Shown here one piece after another: positions 20,507-30,168 of a stretch of 64,000 bases of DNA. Numbering within the stretch: position 1 is the first letter of the stretch; every line of letters starts with the position of its first letter. Source of the DNA: Polaromonas sp. (GTDB lineage: Bacteria; Pseudomonadota; Gammaproteobacteria; Burkholderiales; Burkholderiaceae_C); contig JBKJKI010000140.1 of the NCBI GenBank assembly GCA_046597475.1, forward strand, positions 5,590-69,589, in the 5' to 3' direction. The position numbers were made by a program, and so were the translations under genes. Under the pieces are notes generated by a model, which searched no databases, had not been told where the DNA came from, and worked only from the letters and a program-made list of their open reading frames with translations.

Positions 20507-21523
20507 GTGAATGCCCCAGCGAAAAAGACCATGACGCCAGCCAGGGCGGTGGTTAAATCAGCGCCTGCGGCTGTCGTGAAGAAGCCGGTCAAAGCCGTCA
20601 AGGCTGCCGCCGGGAAATCTGCCGTCGTCACCGCGAAGCCTGCTGTAAAAGTAGCGCGCAAGAAAGAGCCGCTTGAGGCAAGCCGCGATAAATCGCCCGG
20701 AAAGCCGGTATCTGCTCGCGCCAAGGCGCCTGCCCAACCCCTATATATCGAGTCAAAATCCGTGTCAAAACCTGCTGCCAAAGCGATTGCCAAGCTGGCT
20801 GAAACAGACAGCAAGGCGGGCAAAACCGCCGATCGTCTGAAGCCCGCACCTGCCGCCTCCGCGCCAGCGCCTGCCCCAGTGGCCAGCCGCACAGCGGTGC
20901 GCATGGCCTCCGCGCCCCTGAAACCGGGACGCAGAAGCTCGGCGCGAACTGCCGTCCACTCACCCCCTCCCGCACCCATGGTGCCAACCCATGCGCCTGA
21001 CGCAGCCAAAGCCAGTTATTCAACAATGATCGAACGCGTGATCGCGCCGCCTATTCATGCGGCCGCCCCCAAAGACCCGAAGCTTGCCAACAACTGGAAG
21101 ACCAAGCCCGCCGACCAGTTGACCGACGAGGAAGTCAAGGCCATGCCGGACTCCGAGTACATGAACGAAAAGCAGCTGGCTTTCTTTCGTCACAAGCTGT
21201 CGGTGCTCAAGCAGGAAATTCACAACAGCGCGGGCGAAACGACGGAACACCTGCGTGAAGACACTTCGGTCGTGCCTGACCCCGCAGACCGCGCCACCAT
21301 TGAAGAAGAGCACGCACTTGAACTACGCACACGCGACCGCGAACGCAAGCTGCTCAAGAAGATCGAACAGTCGATTGCGCGCATTGATTCGGGCGACTAC
21401 GGCTATTGCGATGAAACGGGCGAAGCCATTGGCGTCGGTCGGCTGATTGCGCGTCCCACGGCAAATCTGTCCCTGGAGGCGCAGCAGCGTCGCGAACTCA
21501 AGCAAAAGATGTTTGGCGATTGA
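20507..21523 (+). CDS. dksA: RNA polymerase-binding factor DksA with long Lys/Ala/Pro-rich N-terminal extension
   Basis: EYMNEKQL, PDPADRATIEEE, RTRDRERKLLKKI; GAGGAG SD before GTG. Confidence 0.92.
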   Translation: MNAPAKKTMTPARAVVKSAPAAVVKKPVKAVKAAAGKSAVVTAKPAVKVARKKEPLEASRDKSPGKPVSARAKAPAQPLYIESKSVSKPAAKAIAKLAETDSKAGKTADRLKPAPAASAPAPAPVASRTAVRMASAPLKPGRRSSARTAVHSPPPAPMVPTHAPDAAKASYSTMIERVIAPPIHAAAPKDPKLANNWKTKPADQLTDEEVKAMPDSEYMNEKQLAFFRHKLSVLKQEIHNSAGETTEHLREDTSVVPDPADRATIEEEHALELRTRDRERKLLKKIEQSIARIDSGDYGYCDETGEAIGVGRLIARPTANLSLEAQQRRELKQKMFGD

Positions 21524-21560
21524 TCGATTGACCTCCGGCTTGACGCTTTCGCCCTCCTAG

Positions 21561-23330
21561 ATGTCCAAAGACGAAACCTCACCAGGTCTGCTGTCCAAGG
21601 TGGTCCGGTTCGTCCGGAATCCGGCGACGAGCTGGTCCGAGCTCGATTCGGTCCAGACGGACCGGGACGATTCGGTGAGCAAGCAGCTGCTCAAGGAAAT
21701 GATCGAGCGCAAGCGGCGAAATGATTTCGTGCGCAAGCGCGAGTTCGACATGTTGCGCAAGATGCGCAAGCACGAAACCATGGTCGGCATGGGGCAGGAT
21801 ATCTCGGGAGGCCCGTCTTTTTTCCAGAGCAGCATGGCCTCCAGGCCCGACGATCGCGCCTCGACGCTCAAGAAAATCGACGAGATCGAGGCACAGATGT
21901 CGATGCAGTGGTGGAAAACCAAGGACCAGAACGCGCCGGCGCATTCCGATGATTCCCGCTCCCAGGGCAAGGGGGATGTGACTCTGAACCCCATGCTGGA
22001 CAACGCCCTGCCCATGGCCTATCGGCCGACTACTCCGGCCGGGCTGCCACTTTCTTCGAGAGGGGCCGAGCCAGCGGCGCCAGACCAGGGGAGGCCTTCC
22101 GGAAGCTCGCCTGCCGCACCCCTTCAATTCCCGAAAATCGGCGGCGTTCCCGGCTTTGACCGGGCTGACGATAGTCCGGTGTCAACCTTTTCTCCCTCCC
22201 GGAGCGGAGCGGTCGGCGTGCAGGAAATGCTAGCGCATGATGCCGAACTGGAAGAGGCCGCGATCCTGTTTGCCAACGGCGAAGATGCTGGCGCGGAAGC
22301 CGGCCTGCTGCAGATACTGGCACCCGGGGCGAGCGGGGAAAGCCATGTGGAGACCTGGTTGACCCTGTTTGATCTTTATCGTGCAACAGGAGAGCAGGAC
22401 AAGTTTGAAAAGACTGCCATCGAGTTTGTGGAGCGGTTTGACCGCTCCGCTCCGCAGTGGTTCTCCCTGCCAGACATGGTTAAAAAAATGGGTGGCGCGG
22501 CGGACAAGGCGACCGAAGGAGCGGCAGCCGACTGGATCTGCCCTTCTGTCCTGGGAATGCAGACCGTGGCCGCCTTGCGGGCGGCCGTTGGACGGGCGGC
22601 CATGCCCTGGCGCCTGGATTGGAGCAACCTGAAATCCATAGAAGCGCCCGCACTGGACCCTCTGTACCGGGTATTTGCCAGCTGGGCGAGTCAGCCGGTT
22701 CAGCTGAGATTCATGGGTGATCCGCAGTTGCAGCATGTGCTGCGCAAAGCCACCCCGTCGGGTGACCGGAACATTGACCAGAACTGGTGGCTGCTGCGCA
22801 TGGAGGCGCTGCGAATCACACACCGCCCTGACGATTTTGAACTCGCAGCGCTTGATTTTTGTGTCACCTATGAGGTGTCTCCACCGGCGTGGGAAAGCGC
22901 ACGTTGCGAATACAAGACGCTGGACGAGCAGGGCGGGCTCATGGGCGGCAATACCATCATCGGCGAGGTTTACCGAGACTCGATGCCGTCCGGGTTTTCC
23001 ATCACGGGGAGGGACACAGAGCGCGGAGCAGACGGTTCACAGTCGAGCCAGCTTTTGTCGGTGGAGTTGTCCGGGCAGATTCAAGGCGATGCGATCGCAG
23101 TGCTTGACAAGCTCGAAGCCAGGCTTGCGGGAGCCGATGTGATGCATGTCTGCTGTGGAAAACTGATCAGGGTTGACTTTTCTGCTGCGGGCACGCTGCT
23201 CAACTGGGTGTCGGCGCGGGAAGCGGAGGGCCGTTCCGTTCAATTTGTGGAAGTCAATCGCCTGGTGGCCTCTTTTTTCAACGTGATTGGAATTACCGAA
23301 CATGCCAGCGTGGTGATTCGCTGCGACTGA
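21561..23330 (+). CDS. Conserved hypothetical protein with C-terminal STAS-like domain
   Basis: LIRVDFSAAGTLLNW..LVASFFNVIGI STAS-like pattern; 589-aa ORF with host-like codon usage. Confidence 0.75.
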   Translation: MSKDETSPGLLSKVVRFVRNPATSWSELDSVQTDRDDSVSKQLLKEMIERKRRNDFVRKREFDMLRKMRKHETMVGMGQDISGGPSFFQSSMASRPDDRASTLKKIDEIEAQMSMQWWKTKDQNAPAHSDDSRSQGKGDVTLNPMLDNALPMAYRPTTPAGLPLSSRGAEPAAPDQGRPSGSSPAAPLQFPKIGGVPGFDRADDSPVSTFSPSRSGAVGVQEMLAHDAELEEAAILFANGEDAGAEAGLLQILAPGASGESHVETWLTLFDLYRATGEQDKFEKTAIEFVERFDRSAPQWFSLPDMVKKMGGAADKATEGAAADWICPSVLGMQTVAALRAAVGRAAMPWRLDWSNLKSIEAPALDPLYRVFASWASQPVQLRFMGDPQLQHVLRKATPSGDRNIDQNWWLLRMEALRITHRPDDFELAALDFCVTYEVSPPAWESARCEYKTLDEQGGLMGGNTIIGEVYRDSMPSGFSITGRDTERGADGSQSSQLLSVELSGQIQGDAIAVLDKLEARLAGADVMHVCCGKLIRVDFSAAGTLLNWVSAREAEGRSVQFVEVNRLVASFFNVIGITEHASVVIRCD

Positions 23331-23716
23331 TATTTGCGCCGCATTGACATTCGTTCTCGGCTGTTCCATGGCTTGTGCGCGTCCCCGGCGTGAGCGATCC
23401 GTTTGACCTTGGCCTGCGATCAAACGGCGGCGCCTTCACTGCGCTGCCGGCGATCTGCGGCGGGGCTCCACGGTATGGGGTTATGAGGCTGGGTGCAGGC
23501 CCTTGCCCCCAAAATGCCCCGCAAAATGACCAGCAAAGGGGGGCGCGACCTCTCTCCTCCGTTGCCAAGGCTGGTTTCATCTCCAGCGCAACGCAATGAC
23601 CTCTCAGATGCCTGGGTTGGGCGAGTGGCCGATTAAGGCTCTACTTTCATTGCTTATCCTAAGTGCTTAATCTAGAACATGTTTTTATCAAAAGAACAGG
23701 TTTCTGCACTCGCTTC

Positions 23717-23729
23717 TAAGTCCTTGATT
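23717..23729 (-). promoter_or_regulatory. IHF consensus site upstream of mraZ
   Basis: AATCAAGGACTTA matches WATCAANNNNTTR in an AT-rich region. Confidence 0.55.
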
Positions 23730-23780
23730 CCATTGAAAAAATTTGTTTCAACCCCCTTGTTTGCGAGTGGTTTCCTGATA

Positions 23781-23820
23781 AAGTGGGAAAAAGTGCAATT
23801 TAGTGGAAGCAAGTGTTTTT
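23781..23820 (+). promoter_or_regulatory. MraZ-binding direct repeats (dcw boxes)
   Basis: AAGTGGGAAA AAGTGCAATT TAGTGGAAGC AAGTGTTTTT: AGTG at exact 10-bp period directly before mraZ. Confidence 0.75.
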
Positions 23821-23835
23821 CGAGGGTTTTAAACT

Positions 23836-24264
23836 GTGTTTCAAGGCGCGTCATCTTTAGCTCTCGATACCAAGGGTCGGCTGTCTGTGCCGACCCGGTT
23901 TCGTGACGTCTTGAGTACGACCGCCGCTGGCCAGCTCACGATTACCAAGCACCCCCACGGTTGCCTCATGATTTTTCCGCGCAACGAGTGGGAGATGTTT
24001 CGCGAGCGCATTGCAGCCTTGCCCATGCAGGCTCAGTGGTGGAAGCGGATTTTTCTGGGCAACGCCATGGATGTTGAAATGGATGCCTCGGGCCGTGTGC
24101 TTGTATCGCCTGAATTGCGCGCTGCGTCGGGTATCAGCAAGGATTCCGTTTTGCTGGGCATGGGTGCTTACTTCGAGCTCTGGGATGCGGCGACTTACGC
24201 CGCCCAGGAAGCCGAACAGATGAAGGGCGAGATGCCTGATGTCTTCAAAGATTTCTCATTCTGA
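23836..24264 (+). CDS. mraZ: Transcriptional regulator MraZ
   Basis: [10 protein letters not shown] and MDASGRVLV duplicated motifs. Confidence 0.95.
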   Translation: MFQGASSLALDTKGRLSVPTRFRDVLSTTAAGQLTITKHPHGCLMIFPRNEWEMFRERIAALPMQAQWWKRIFLGNAMDVEMDASGRVLVSPELRAASGISKDSVLLGMGAYFELWDAATYAAQEAEQMKGEMPDVFKDFSF

Positions 24265-24273
24265 AAGAAGACG

Positions 24274-25191
24274 GTGAACGGCACATGGACCCACAGAACC
24301 GTCTTGTTGAATGAAGCGATTGCTGCGCTTCAGGTCAACCCGGACGGTCACTACATCGGCGCCACCTTTGGCCGTGGCGGGCATTCCCGCCTGCTGCTGT
24401 CGAAACTTTCCGCGCTCGGACGCCTGACGGCCTTCGACAAGGATCTCGATGCCATTGCGGAAGCGAAAACCATCGCCGACCCGCGTTTTTCAATCCGTCA
24501 CGAAGGTTTCATGCATCTGGGCCAGCTTCCGGCGGCAAGCGCGGCGGGTGTGCTGATGGATCTGGGTGTGAGTTCTCCCCAAATCGACAATCCGGTACGC
24601 GGCTTTTCCTTCAGGCAGGAGGGTCCGCTTGACATGCGCATGGACACAACGCGTGGCCAGAGTGTGGCCGAGTGGCTGGCCGACGCATCCATCGAAACCA
24701 TGACGCAGGTGATTCGTGATTATGGCGAAGAACGGTTTGCTGGGCAGATTGCAAAGGCGATTGATCGTCGCCGACAGGAACGGGGACCTTTGCAAGGTAC
24801 CGCCGAGCTTGCCGAAGTCGTGGCTGGCGCGGTCAAGACCCGCGAACCGGGCAAGGATCCGGCAACCCGAACCTTTCAGGCTCTTCGGATTTTCATCAAC
24901 GCCGAGCTCGAAGAATTGCAGGAGGCGCTACAAGCCTCTTTGACGGTATTGCAACCAGGGGGGCGTCTGGTGGTGATCAGTTTTCACTCGCTGGAAGACC
25001 GCATCGTCAAACAGTTCATTGCAGGCCATTCCCGCGAGGTCTTTGATAGGCGGGCTCCCTTTGCCGCGCCAAAGGTGATGCAGCTCAAAGCGCTGGGTCG
25101 GATCAAGCCCAGCGAGGAGGAGATCGCGGGCAATCCGCGTTCGCGCAGCGCCGTGATGCGCGTGGCAGAGCGTATAGGGGAGGCTGTGTGA
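24274..25191 (+). CDS. rsmH: 16S rRNA m4C1402 methyltransferase
   Basis: [35 protein letters not shown]. Confidence 0.95.
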   Translation: MNGTWTHRTVLLNEAIAALQVNPDGHYIGATFGRGGHSRLLLSKLSALGRLTAFDKDLDAIAEAKTIADPRFSIRHEGFMHLGQLPAASAAGVLMDLGVSSPQIDNPVRGFSFRQEGPLDMRMDTTRGQSVAEWLADASIETMTQVIRDYGEERFAGQIAKAIDRRRQERGPLQGTAELAEVVAGAVKTREPGKDPATRTFQALRIFINAELEELQEALQASLTVLQPGGRLVVISFHSLEDRIVKQFIAGHSREVFDRRAPFAAPKVMQLKALGRIKPSEEEIAGNPRSRSAVMRVAERIGEAV

Positions 25192-25256
25192 ATCGTATTG
25201 GGTTCGTCGTCCTGGCAGTTGAAGCATTTCCCGTGATTGAGCCGGAAGGCATCTGA
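25188..25256 (+). CDS. Putative 22-aa mini-ORF bridging rsmH and ftsL
   Basis: GTG start overlaps the rsmH TGA, its TGA overlaps the ftsL ATG; GGGGAGG upstream; [22 protein letters not shown]. Confidence 0.35.
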   Translation: MNRIGFVVLAVEAFPVIEPEGI

Positions 25257-25555
25257 TGGCACGCCTGAACTTTGTCCTGTTACTGGCTGTGCTGGTCAGC
25301 GCGCTGTACCTGGTGCGAACCCAGTATGAGTCGCGCCGTCTTTATGTGGAGCTTGAAAAAGTCACGGCGCAGAGCCGCAAGATTGAAACCGAAAATGAGC
25401 GCCTGCAGGTGGAAAAGCGCGCCGAGGCCACGCCGCTCAAGGTTGAGAAGCTTGCAGTGGATCGCCTGAAGATGCGCACCACAACGCCGGCAATCACGCA
25501 ATACGTGACGCACAGGAGTGTTGCGGCATCGGCGGAAGGCGCGCAGCATGAGTAG
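25256..25555 (+). CDS. ftsL: Cell division protein FtsL
   Basis: TM segment, coiled coil, YESRRL; dcw position. Confidence 0.9.
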   Translation: MARLNFVLLLAVLVSALYLVRTQYESRRLYVELEKVTAQSRKIETENERLQVEKRAEATPLKVEKLAVDRLKMRTTTPAITQYVTHRSVAASAEGAQHE

Positions 25556-27281
25556 AAGCATTCTCTACACGTCAAGCCCACTGCTGGCCAGCAAGACGCC
25601 GGTCTGGCGAAGCAAATTCATTGTGGCTGGAATTGCGCTGGCTTTTGTCGGGCTGGCGGGCAGGGCCGCCTATATACAGATTTTTGGGAATGATTTTTTT
25701 CAGCGCCAGGGCGAGGTCCGGTTTGTGAGAACCCTGGAGTTGCCTGCCAACCGGGGCCGCATTCTGGATCGCAATGGCCTTATTCTGGCGTCGAGCGTGC
25801 CAGCTCCGAGTATCTGGGCCATTCCGGAAGACGTCGAGGCGAGCCCTGCCCAGTTCGTGCAACTGGCCAAGCTGCTGGAAATGCCTCTGGCCGAACTCAA
25901 GAAAAAGCTGGGTGACGAGGACAAGACGTTTGTCTGGGTCAAGCGCCAGGTCGATGCGCCGGTGGCGGAAAAAATTCAGGCGCTGGGTCTCAAGGGTATT
26001 TATCAGCGCAAGGAGTACAAGCGCAAGTACCCTGAAGGTGAGACGACCGCGCACGTGGTCGGATTTACCAACGTTGAAGACAATGGGCAGGAAGGGATAG
26101 AGCTGGCCTTCAACAAGGAGCTGTCGGGTAAAGCGGGTTCACGGCGCGTCATCAAGGACCGCCTCGGGCGGGTTGTCGAAGGCATAGGTGAGCAGGTGCC
26201 GCCGGTGGAGGGTCAGGACATTGAATTGAGTATTGACAGCAAAGTGCAGTTCTTCGCTTATCAGAAGCTGCGCGATGCGGTAACCGCGCGCAAGGCCAAG
26301 GCCGGCAGTGTGGTGGTGCTTGACTCGGTCACCGGCGAAGTGCTGGCGCTCGCCAACTACCCGAGCTACGTTCCTGACAAGCGAAAAAACCTCACGGGCG
26401 AACAACTGCGCAACCGGGCGCTGACCGACACTTTCGAGCCCGGTTCCACGATGAAGCCCATCACGGTCGCCATGGCGCTGGAGGCGGGCCGGGTAAAGCC
26501 GCAAACCCTGATTGAAACGGGGCCTGGACGGTTCAGCATTGGCGGGTTCACCATCAGCGACACCCATAACTACGGAACCCTTACCGTCGAAGGCGTGATC
26601 CAGAAGTCGAGCAACGTCGGGGCACTCAAAATCGCGCAAAAAATGAGCCCCCATGAGATGTGGGACACCTACGTCGCGCTGGGTTACGGGCAGAAGCCGC
26701 AGATCCAGTTTCCAGGCGCGGTGACCGGGCGGCTACGCCCGTGGAAGACCTGGCGGCCGGTTGAGCAGGCCACCATGGCCTATGGTTATGGGCTGTCGGC
26801 TTCGCTGTTCCAGATGGCGCATTCCTATACCGCTTTCGCGCACGATGGACAAATCATCCCTGTGACCATGCTAAAAAGCGGCGAACCGGCCGTCGGCGCC
26901 AGAGTGTTTTCCGCAGAAAATGCGCACGCCGTGCGGCGCATGCTCCAGATGGCTGCCGGTCCGGGCGGAACGGGCCAGCTCGCGCAGACCGTGGGGTATT
27001 CAGTCGGCGGCAAGTCCGGCACGGCGCACAAGCAGGTCGGCAAGGGTTATGCAAGCAACAAGTACCGCGCATGGTTTACCGGCATGGCCCCGATTGAAGC
27101 GCCGCGCATCATCGTTGCGGTGATGATTGATGAGCCAAGTGACGGAAAATATTATGGTGGTCTGGCAGCAGCCCCGGTATTTAGTGAGGTGGTTCAGCAG
27201 ACCTTGCGCATGATGGGCGTGCAGCCCGATATGGATGTCAAGCCGCAAATCGTGACGCAGACCGTGGAGGAGTCGTTTTGA
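25548..27281 (+). CDS. ftsI: Peptidoglycan transpeptidase FtsI (PBP3)
   Basis: RGRILDRNG, GSTMK (SxxK), SSN, KSG. Confidence 0.95.
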   Translation: MSRSILYTSSPLLASKTPVWRSKFIVAGIALAFVGLAGRAAYIQIFGNDFFQRQGEVRFVRTLELPANRGRILDRNGLILASSVPAPSIWAIPEDVEASPAQFVQLAKLLEMPLAELKKKLGDEDKTFVWVKRQVDAPVAEKIQALGLKGIYQRKEYKRKYPEGETTAHVVGFTNVEDNGQEGIELAFNKELSGKAGSRRVIKDRLGRVVEGIGEQVPPVEGQDIELSIDSKVQFFAYQKLRDAVTARKAKAGSVVVLDSVTGEVLALANYPSYVPDKRKNLTGEQLRNRALTDTFEPGSTMKPITVAMALEAGRVKPQTLIETGPGRFSIGGFTISDTHNYGTLTVEGVIQKSSNVGALKIAQKMSPHEMWDTYVALGYGQKPQIQFPGAVTGRLRPWKTWRPVEQATMAYGYGLSASLFQMAHSYTAFAHDGQIIPVTMLKSGEPAVGARVFSAENAHAVRRMLQMAAGPGGTGQLAQTVGYSVGGKSGTAHKQVGKGYASNKYRAWFTGMAPIEAPRIIVAVMIDEPSDGKYYGGLAAAPVFSEVVQQTLRMMGVQPDMDVKPQIVTQTVEESF

Positions 27282-28774
27282 CAACGCTGCTTCATACCCC
27301 CGAGCAGGCAGCCCGCTGGTTGCAGGAGCGAGTGACCGGCAGCCTCTGGGCTGACAGCCGCAAGGTCAGTCGCGGCGATGGCTTTATCGCCTGGCCGGGC
27401 GCCGCGACCGATGGCCGCAAGTATCTCGGTGAAGTACTCGCGTCGGGCGCGCTGGCATGTCTGATTGAGCAAAGTGGAGCCGAGGCTTTCGGCATCGACG
27501 ATGAAAGAGTCGCCACCTATGCCGGGCTGAAGGCGGCTTGCGGTGCAGTGGCTGCCGCTTATTTTGGCTCGCCCAGCCTGCAGTTGCAGATTGCTGCGGT
27601 GACCGGCACCAACGGCAAGACGACTACGGCCATGTGGCTGGCGCAAGCGCTTTCCCGTCTGGGTCGCAAATGCGGCGTGGTGGGCACCCTGGGTATCGGC
27701 CAGCCGGGAGCCATGGTCGCCAACGGATTGACAACTCCCGACCCGGTGTTGCTCCAGCAGCAGCTGCGCCGTTTTGTCGATGACGGGTTCCGCGCGTGTG
27801 CGCTTGAAGCGTCGTCCATCGGGATTGAAGAGCGCAGACTGGACGCCACGCAAATACAAGTGGCGATCTTCACCAACTTCACCCAGGATCATCTCGACTA
27901 CCACGCCTCCATGCAGGACTACTGGCAGGCCAAGAAAATGCTGTTCGGCTGGCCCGGGCTGAAGGCCGCAGTCATCAATACCGATGACATCAAGGGTATC
28001 GAGCTGAGCGCCACGCTAGCGGGCACGGATCTCGATGTGTGGACATTTTCATGCCACCGCAACGCGCGCCTGCAGGCGCGTGACATCCAGCACGGTGCAC
28101 GGACCTTGAGCTTTGACGTGATGGAAGGCAGTGAAAGCCACAGGGTTTCAACGCCCATGGTGGGGCATTACAACGTCTCCAATCTGCTGGGTGTCATGGC
28201 TGCTCTCAGGGCCATGGGTGTGCCGCTGGCCGATGCGGTGGGCGCCTGCGCAGACTTGCTGCCGGTGCCTGGCCGTACCGAAACCCTGGCGATGGAAGGC
28301 CTGCCGCTGGTTGTCATCGACTACGCGCACACGCCCGATGCGCTTGAAAAGGTACTCGCTGCGCTCAGGCCGGTGGCCACGAGCCGGGGTGGGCAACTCT
28401 GGTGCTTGTTTGGTTGCGGCGGCGACCGCGATGGCAGCAAGCGGCCGATCATGGCTGCGGTCGCGGAGCAACATGCCGACCAGATCGTGGTGACCAGCGA
28501 CAATCCGCGCAGCGAAAACCCCCTGGCGATCATCAGCCAGATCATGCTTGGATTGAGTCACCGGGATGCCGTGCATGTACAGGCTGACCGGGCGGCCGCC
28601 ATTGCGCATGTTTTGGCCTCGGCTCAGGCCCGCGATGTGGTGCTGCTTGCGGGCAAGGGCCATGAGGTCTATCAGGAAGTGTGCGGGGTAAAACTGCCAT
28701 TTTCTGACCGCGATCACGCGCAGACCGCGTTGAATGCGCGAGCCGCCCTGCAGGGAAGGGCGGGCACACCATGA
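27278..28774 (+). CDS. murE: UDP-MurNAc-dipeptide:meso-DAP ligase
   Basis: [19 protein letters not shown]; TTG start with GGAGG. Confidence 0.95.
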   Translation: MTTLLHTPEQAARWLQERVTGSLWADSRKVSRGDGFIAWPGAATDGRKYLGEVLASGALACLIEQSGAEAFGIDDERVATYAGLKAACGAVAAAYFGSPSLQLQIAAVTGTNGKTTTAMWLAQALSRLGRKCGVVGTLGIGQPGAMVANGLTTPDPVLLQQQLRRFVDDGFRACALEASSIGIEERRLDATQIQVAIFTNFTQDHLDYHASMQDYWQAKKMLFGWPGLKAAVINTDDIKGIELSATLAGTDLDVWTFSCHRNARLQARDIQHGARTLSFDVMEGSESHRVSTPMVGHYNVSNLLGVMAALRAMGVPLADAVGACADLLPVPGRTETLAMEGLPLVVIDYAHTPDALEKVLAALRPVATSRGGQLWCLFGCGGDRDGSKRPIMAAVAEQHADQIVVTSDNPRSENPLAIISQIMLGLSHRDAVHVQADRAAAIAHVLASAQARDVVLLAGKGHEVYQEVCGVKLPFSDRDHAQTALNARAALQGRAGTP

Positions 28775-30168
28775 TGAGCTTGCAACAGGCTGCGGCGTTG
28801 GTCTCATCAGCCAGGCTGGTGGGGGATGAACGAACGGAATTCAGGCGGGTGCATACCGACACGCGAAGCATTGAGCCGGGCGACCTTTTCGTGGCACTCA
28901 AGGGGGAGAATTTCGATGCCCACCAGTTTTTGGTACAGGCCAGGGACAAAGGTGCGGTGGCCGCGATTGCGCAGCAAGGGCTGATCGAGGCGGGGTTGCC
29001 TGGTCTGGAAGTAGGTGACTCCCGGCTTGCCCTGGGTCAATTGGCTGCCGGATGGCGTTCCCGGTTCGGCCTGCCTCTCATCGCGGTGACTGGCAGCAAC
29101 GGAAAAACGACGGTCACCCAGATGATTGCCTCGATCTTGCAAGCCTGGAAGGCCGACGCCGCGTTTGCGACTGCAGGCAACCTCAACAATGACATTGGCG
29201 TGCCCTTGACCCTGTTGCGGCTGCAAGCCTCGCACGAGGTCGGTGTGGTCGAGCTTGGCATGAATCATCCTGGCGAAATCGCCTACTTGAGCGCATTGGT
29301 CAGGCCGACGGTGGCGCTGATCAACAATGCGCAGCGCGAGCATCTTGAGTTCATGGCCACGGTCGAGGCGGTAGCCCTTGAAAATGGCTCCGTGCTGCAG
29401 TCTCTTGATGCTGGCGGCATCGCGGTTTTCCCTGCTGACGACAACTACACAGCCCTCTGGCGCGGCCTGGCGGGCTCACGCCGGGTGTTGACCTTTGCAC
29501 TATGGGGTCAGGCAGACGTCACTGCCAGCGCCCGCTGGAGCGGCGAGTGCTGGCAGGTGGTCGCGCAAACGCCGGCGGGTTCGCTTGAATTTCCATTGCA
29601 CATCGCCGGTCTTCACAACGTCAAGAATGTTTTGGCGGCCACGGCATGCGCGCTTGCCGTGGATGTGCCTCTCGGGTTCATTGCCGCAGGGTTGTCAGCC
29701 TTTACGCCCGTCAAGGGTCGATCACGCGCCGTGCAAGTGCAGCTCGAGGGTAAGTCCCTGACTTTGGTCGATGACACCTACAACGCCAATCCAGACTCCA
29801 TGCATGCAGCTATCGAGGTGCTGGCCGACCTGCCGGGACCGAGATTGCTGGTCATGGGTGATATGGGTGAAGTCGGCAATCAGGGGCCTCAATTTCACGG
29901 CGAGGCGGGTACGCACGCCCGCGCGAGGGGAATTGACAAACTGTTCACGCTCGGTGATCAGTCGAGGGAAGCGGCCAACGCATTTGGCCAGGCTCGCCAT
30001 TTCCCCGACATGGCGGCACTCATCACCGCCGTGCTTTCAGAGTTGCCCCATGCGGCCAGCGTGCTTGTGAAGGGATCTCGCTTCATGAAGATGGAGCAGC
30101 TTGTTCATGCCGTCGTCGCAGCAGCACCCCAGATGCCACAAGACAAGGAGGAGCCTCATGCTTCTTAG
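28771..30168 (+). CDS. murF: UDP-MurNAc-tripeptide:D-Ala-D-Ala ligase
   Basis: [29 protein letters not shown]. Confidence 0.95.
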   Translation: MMSLQQAAALVSSARLVGDERTEFRRVHTDTRSIEPGDLFVALKGENFDAHQFLVQARDKGAVAAIAQQGLIEAGLPGLEVGDSRLALGQLAAGWRSRFGLPLIAVTGSNGKTTVTQMIASILQAWKADAAFATAGNLNNDIGVPLTLLRLQASHEVGVVELGMNHPGEIAYLSALVRPTVALINNAQREHLEFMATVEAVALENGSVLQSLDAGGIAVFPADDNYTALWRGLAGSRRVLTFALWGQADVTASARWSGECWQVVAQTPAGSLEFPLHIAGLHNVKNVLAATACALAVDVPLGFIAAGLSAFTPVKGRSRAVQVQLEGKSLTLVDDTYNANPDSMHAAIEVLADLPGPRLLVMGDMGEVGNQGPQFHGEAGTHARARGIDKLFTLGDQSREAANAFGQARHFPDMAALITAVLSELPHAASVLVKGSRFMKMEQLVHAVVAAAPQMPQDKEEPHAS

